Under the pieces are notes generated by a model, which saw only the letters and a list, made by a program, of their open reading frames with translations, was not told the DNA's origin and did not search any database. This document shows positions 59,710 through 64,000 of a stretch of DNA of 64,000 nucleotides, one piece after another. The translations under genes and the position numbers were made by a program. Every line of letters begins with the position of its first letter. Position 1 is the first letter of the stretch. Source of the DNA: Chthonomonadaceae bacterium (GTDB lineage: Bacteria > Armatimonadota > Chthonomonadetes > Chthonomonadales > Chthonomonadaceae); NCBI GenBank assembly GCA_035650735.1, contig DASRGZ010000056.1, positions 1-64,000 on the forward strand, written 5' to 3'.

Positions 59710-61653
59710 CTAACTTTGCGCCTGTTTCCAACTTGCATCTATCAGGGCAGCATAAGCGGCGTTATAACCGGGCGCGCCGAACACGCAGCCGCCGGGATGC
59801 GCGCCGGAGCCGCAGAGATAAAGGCCCGCGAGCGGCGTGCGGCCCTCCGCGAAGCCGCGTATCGGGCGCGCGTCCCAGAGATTGGGAGGCAGCAGATCGC
59901 CGTGAAAGATATGGCCCCCGGTCAGGCCGAAGCGAGCCTCCAGGTCGCGCGGCGTGAGCACCTGACGGTGAAGGATCGAGCCGGGGACGTTGGGCGCATA
60001 GCGGCCTACGATCTCGATCACACGGTCGGCAAACTTTGCGCGCTCGTCATCCCAATTCAGGCCAGGCGCAAGATTATAGGGGAAATACTGGACGAAGAGC
60101 GAGAGAATATGCTTGCCGGGCGGCGTCAGGCTGGAATCGGTAGCCGTCTGCAGATAAATCTCGATCATTGGCTCGGTAGAAGGATAGCCCTTCCGGGCCT
60201 CCTCCCAGGCGCGCTCCAAATAGTCCATATCCGGGCAGATATGGATAGTGCCCAGGTGCTCCGGGCCGGGCAGGCTGCGGTCTGCACGGGCCAGGAGACA
60301 GCTAAACTCCGGCAGTTCCGACACAGCCAGGTTGATCTTGGCCGACGCGCCGCCCTGCCGGACCAGCGCCTGCCAGGGGGGATCGCTCCCTGCCGCCTCT
60401 ATCGGAAAGCTCTCGCCGACCAACCGGACGAACGTACGGTAGGGATCAGCATTGGAGAGGACAACCGGCGCATATATCTCCTCCCCACTCTCCAGCGCAA
60501 CGCCGACGACCCGGCCCACTTCCTGGGTGTGACCTAACCCCCTTCCCGGCAGGCTAAACCCTGCCACTGTGGGGTCTATGGCCCGCTGCCCACCTGCGTG
60601 GGCAGTGGCAAACCCCGACTTCTGCTCTCCCCTCTCCCTCAGCGTGGATCGCAAGGCGGAGGGCTGTCGCAAGGCAGAGCCGCGAGCCGTTGAGCGGCGT
60701 CCCTTGCAGTCCGTTGAGGCCCGACCCTGGCAGTAGGGGGACAGGGGGGGAGGGCCACTCCCCTCTCCTTTAGAAGGAGAGGGGACGGGGGTGAGGTCTT
60801 CTGAGGTGAGGGCAGGTTGTTCCACCAGCACGCGCCCGACCGGCGCGCCGAGACGTATCTGGCCGCCGTAGTCCTGCAGGGAGCGCGCCAGCGCCTGTGT
60901 GATGCGGCCCATGCCACCCCGCACATAGCCCCACGCGCCGCGCCGCCCCAGAATGTTCCCCAGGTAATGATGCAGCAGGACGTAGGCTGTGCCCGGCGTG
61001 GAGGGACCGCCATACGTGCCGATGAGGCCATCGGTGGCAAGGACGGCCTTCAGCCGCTCGTTCTGGAACCGGGCGTCCAGCAGATCGCGAACGCTGCCCT
61101 CCAGGAAGGCGGTATAGAGGTCCTCCCTGCCGCGCGCTGCGAACGCCTCGCGTAGCTGCTCCGGATCGGGCGGTGGAGAGGCCAGCCAGAGCTCGATATC
61201 CGCATTGGGCGGCGGGGATAGCAGCCAGGGTTCAATAACCTCCGCTGCCAACTCCACATCCGCCTCAAACCGGAAATAAGCCTCCACGTCGGCAGGCGTC
61301 TCCCGACAGAACTGCTCTAACGCGGCGCGCGTGCGTCCGGCATCCGGGTACAGGAACAGGTAACGGCCATCGAGATACGGCGCAAATCCGGAAGTCTCCC
61401 GTGGATAGACTTCCAGCCCATATTTCTCCAGCTCCAGGTCCCGCACGATCTCGGGCCGCAGCAGACTGCAAAGATAGGCCGCCGTCGAAACCTGATAGCC
61501 AGGCCAGACTTCTTCCGTCACGCACGCGCCGCCGACGATCTCCCGCCGCTCCAGCACGAGAACGCGCCAGCCTGCCCGCGCCAGATACCCAGCGGCGATC
61601 AGCCCGTTATGCCCGGCCCCGATGACGATGGCGTCATAATCCCAGGAAGTCAC
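59710..61653 (-). CDS. Phytoene desaturase-family FAD-dependent oxidoreductase with ~100-aa repeat-derived insert
   Basis: IGAGHNGL, GGACVTEE, GGMG, TPRDLE, GGHIFHG, GSGAHPGG. Confidence 0.9.
   Translation of the reverse strand: MTSWDYDAIVIGAGHNGLIAAGYLARAGWRVLVLERREIVGGACVTEEVWPGYQVSTAAYLCSLLRPEIVRDLELEKYGLEVYPRETSGFAPYLDGRYLFLYPDAGRTRAALEQFCRETPADVEAYFRFEADVELAAEVIEPWLLSPPPNADIELWLASPPPDPEQLREAFAARGREDLYTAFLEGSVRDLLDARFQNERLKAVLATDGLIGTYGGPSTPGTAYVLLHHYLGNILGRRGAWGYVRGGMGRITQALARSLQDYGGQIRLGAPVGRVLVEQPALTSEDLTPVPSPSKGEGSGPPPLSPYCQGRASTDCKGRRSTARGSALRQPSALRSTLRERGEQKSGFATAHAGGQRAIDPTVAGFSLPGRGLGHTQEVGRVVGVALESGEEIYAPVVLSNADPYRTFVRLVGESFPIEAAGSDPPWQALVRQGGASAKINLAVSELPEFSCLLARADRSLPGPEHLGTIHICPDMDYLERAWEEARKGYPSTEPMIEIYLQTATDSSLTPPGKHILSLFVQYFPYNLAPGLNWDDERAKFADRVIEIVGRYAPNVPGSILHRQVLTPRDLEARFGLTGGHIFHGDLLPPNLWDARPIRGFAEGRTPLAGLYLCGSGAHPGGCVFGAPGYNAAYAALIDASWKQAQS
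60533..60813. repeat. Composite palindromic repeat inside a coding sequence
   Basis: Shares modules with 46908-47067, 53257-53317 and 22846-22954. Confidence 0.92.
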
Positions 61654-61678
61654 TTTTATCTCTCCCGAAAACTAACCA

Positions 61679-61744
61679 GACAAGAACGACGGGATGAGCG
61701 GGGCTACATAGATAGAAACCCTGCTCATCCCGTTTTATCCTGTC
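61679..61744. repeat. Degenerate inverted 9-mer hairpin
   Basis: acgggatgagcggg ... cctgctcatcccgt. Confidence 0.65.
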
Positions 61745-61762
61745 AGAGAACCGATGCGCTCG

Positions 61763-64000
61763 TTAGTGCTGTGAGGTGGAGGTTCTATAGAACTGCGGCG
61801 CAAGCGTCTGATAGAACAGGTCGGTAGTGCCCGCGCGCGTGCTCGTCCAGAACACCCACAGCTTGTCGCTGAACGGATCCTTGAATGCCGAGACCTGGCC
61901 TTCGTTGACCGCCGAGTCGGTGGGCATAATGACCTCCGGCGTGGTCTCATCCGTGTAGGGCCGGTTCGGCTCATTGGGCTGGGCCGCGACGCTGACCTCA
62001 TCGCCCCAGGCCACCCGATAGGTCAGGTCGCCGGAATCCACCGACTGCCCGTTCTGGTCCGCCGCGTACTGGATATGGATGACGTTGCCCTCATCCTGCT
62101 CCGTGAAGTAGATGCGGCCCCGCACCCAATCCACTTCATACGGCCCGATGGGGCGTCCAAGCTGCGCGTCCGGCTGGATGGTGAACTGTGGAATCACCGG
62201 ATTGCCGTTGTTGTCCTTGCCCAGGTGGAACGGACGCGGCAGGCGCACCAGGAGCCGCATCGCCTTGTAGTAGATGGCGGAGGGCACGGTGCCGTTCGGG
62301 TCGCTCTTGCGATAGAGCGTCCAGAAGCGATCCACCGGCGGATTGCCGACCGTCACCGGTGGCGCGCTCAGCTGCGTGCGCGGATTGAACCCGCGATCCA
62401 GGATGGCGATTGGGTTCTGGTTGTCGCCGGGCGCGGTCGTCGCCGGACGCGGGCGGAAGGCCGGGTCGTTGAAGGCGAAATTGCCGTAGCCGCGCGTCCT
62501 TATGATGTTTGTCTCGTCGCGGGTCGCGTTCAGCCGCATCACCTGCGGGATGTAGCTGGCGAGCACGATATCGTTGCGTCCCGGCGGCACGTTCGGGAAG
62601 CTGACCGTGCCGGAGCGGCTATCCACGACGATCTGGCCGCCGAGCTTGGAGTTGTAGTAGACCAGGCCGGAAGCCTGATCGAACCGGCCAAGCTGGGGCC
62701 GGTTATCGGGCCGCAGGTTCAGATCGATCCGCTGTGCCGGGTCGCCGTTCTTGAGCAGAGTCAGCACGACCGTGCCCTGTTGATAGTCCAGATACCAGGC
62801 CGCATCGCGCGCTGCCCAGGTCGTAGTGGAACCCACGCGGGTCAATGTCTCTTCCTCTACCGCCGGCAACTGCATCACATACAGCCCACCGACCGGCAGA
62901 TCCTCCGGGTGATTCGGGCGCGGCGGCGTCCGGTTGATGCCGTAGCGCGTCAGCAGCACCTCGACGGTCTGGCGGTTCTTGAGCACGCCCGTGTAGACGA
63001 TGTCAATGGCGTCTACCTGGATGAACTGGCCGCTGGTCGGATCGCGCACGACGACGCGGCGGTAGACCGGGTACGGGTCACTCTGCCACACCAGCGCGCC
63101 GGGCGTGGGCAGTTTAGTATCCTGGCTCCAGCCGGTAGGCGCAAAGGCGCTGTTGACATCGGCAGCGACGTTGACGTTATAGTAAAGGGTCGTCTGCGAC
63201 TGGTTGCCGGCGTGCCAGAAGAGATAGAGCATCTTCTGCGCCGAGGCGCCGTTGGCGGCATCCAGCTTGACCAATAGCGGCTTGGGACTCAGCTTGGTCA
63301 GCGCCGGATCGTTCAGGAACGATAGGATCGGGCCGGTCGGCGTCCCGGTAGCATCCAGAGCCGTCCAGAAGGTGCGCGAGTCCTGCTGCTCTCGCTGCTG
63401 GCTGCGCGCCTTATCTACATTGCCCTGGAAGAACAGGTACGCCTCTGGGTCTTGCGTGCCGTCGGAATGGACGGCGACGGCTACCTGCGGGCTGGCATAC
63501 CGGACCGTCTGCGGGATGGGATTTCCCGGCAGATAGGGAACGCCGTTATTCGTCGGGGCCGACGGGAATAGGTCCGCTAGGTTCGCGGGTTGGCCGTTGT
63601 TATAGCCCGGGAAGAGGGTCGTCGGCGACCACCACTGCGCCTGGTTGAGGGCTCCGGGCACGGCGAACCGGTAATCCAGGAAGGAGAAGCCGTTGCCGAC
63701 CGTGTTCACCAGGCCGGGCAGGCGGCTGAAGGCCAGGCTCCAGGGTGCCTCGGGCAGGATGGCCCCCGTATTCGGATCCCGGTTGGTCGCCCAGAAGAGA
63801 CTGATGTTGGGTGCGTTCGGGTCCGGATTCCGGTAGGCCGTCGGCAGCAGATCGGCGCTCAGCGGCAGCGTGCCGAGCGGGTCCACCTCACCCAGAGTAC
63901 CTTTGGTGACGCCGCCGGTCAGGCGGGCCTCCCGCACCCGCACCTTCAGCGTGAACGTCGGGTCGGCGTAGGCTTCCACCGGGAAGCCGGTGTTCGGGTC
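61763..64000 (-). CDS. Large beta-rich hypothetical (probably exported) protein, 5'-truncated by the window edge
   Basis: Frame open to nt 64000; propeller-like motifs (ISLFWATNR, LWVFWTSTR..TDLFY), YEVDWVRGRIYF. Confidence 0.75.
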   Translation of the reverse strand, partial: DPNTGFPVEAYADPTFTLKVRVREARLTGGVTKGTLGEVDPLGTLPLSADLLPTAYRNPDPNAPNISLFWATNRDPNTGAILPEAPWSLAFSRLPGLVNTVGNGFSFLDYRFAVPGALNQAQWWSPTTLFPGYNNGQPANLADLFPSAPTNNGVPYLPGNPIPQTVRYASPQVAVAVHSDGTQDPEAYLFFQGNVDKARSQQREQQDSRTFWTALDATGTPTGPILSFLNDPALTKLSPKPLLVKLDAANGASAQKMLYLFWHAGNQSQTTLYYNVNVAADVNSAFAPTGWSQDTKLPTPGALVWQSDPYPVYRRVVVRDPTSGQFIQVDAIDIVYTGVLKNRQTVEVLLTRYGINRTPPRPNHPEDLPVGGLYVMQLPAVEEETLTRVGSTTTWAARDAAWYLDYQQGTVVLTLLKNGDPAQRIDLNLRPDNRPQLGRFDQASGLVYYNSKLGGQIVVDSRSGTVSFPNVPPGRNDIVLASYIPQVMRLNATRDETNIIRTRGYGNFAFNDPAFRPRPATTAPGDNQNPIAILDRGFNPRTQLSAPPVTVGNPPVDRFWTLYRKSDPNGTVPSAIYYKAMRLLVRLPRPFHLGKDNNGNPVIPQFTIQPDAQLGRPIGPYEVDWVRGRIYFTEQDEGNVIHIQYAADQNGQSVDSGDLTYRVAWGDEVSVAAQPNEPNRPYTDETTPEVIMPTDSAVNEGQVSAFKDPFSDKLWVFWTSTRAGTTDLFYQTLAPQFYRTSTSQH

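Noticed and set aside
60517..60819. Intein or intron explanation for the in-frame insert
   Set aside because: No C/S...HN intein termini or group I/II intron motifs; the DNA matches intergenic repeats.

Overview
GC-rich bacterial chromosome segment with about 50 CDS. Gene content suggests Armatimonadota (Chthonomonadales-like), which is an inference. No rRNA, tRNA, cas gene or multi-spacer CRISPR array was seen. Housekeeping genes are thyX, ruvB, sodA and a Nif3-like gene. Metabolic genes include three PhyH dioxygenases, two Gfo/Idh/MocA proteins, three SDRs, two D-2-hydroxyacid dehydrogenases, an HpcH aldolase, a GH38 alpha-mannosidase, a GH95-like protein and CBM9/DUF5916 and lectin/propeller proteins. 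A CfrBI-like type II R-M pair sits directly behind ruvB, and an ANT(6)/AadK homologue is present. Two genes are disrupted: a YcgL-type nucleotidyltransferase with an in-frame TGA, and a Uma2 nuclease. Intergenic DNA is crowded with nested palindromic repeats, 7- and 9-mer tandem hairpins and at least three MITE types. Top observations: (1) a three-gene operon whose B12-radical SAM enzyme is fused in frame to an internal twin-arginine/lipobox signal and an exportable domain; (2) a composite palindromic repeat of about 280 bp inserted stop-free and in frame inside a phytoene-desaturase-family gene; (3) a 29-bp duplication flanking a 36-bp unique insert inside Uma2, which has the geometry of an off-target Cas1-Cas2 spacer integration; (4) repeats that supply the stop codons and C-termini of unrelated genes. 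All family assignments are by motif recognition; no database search was run.
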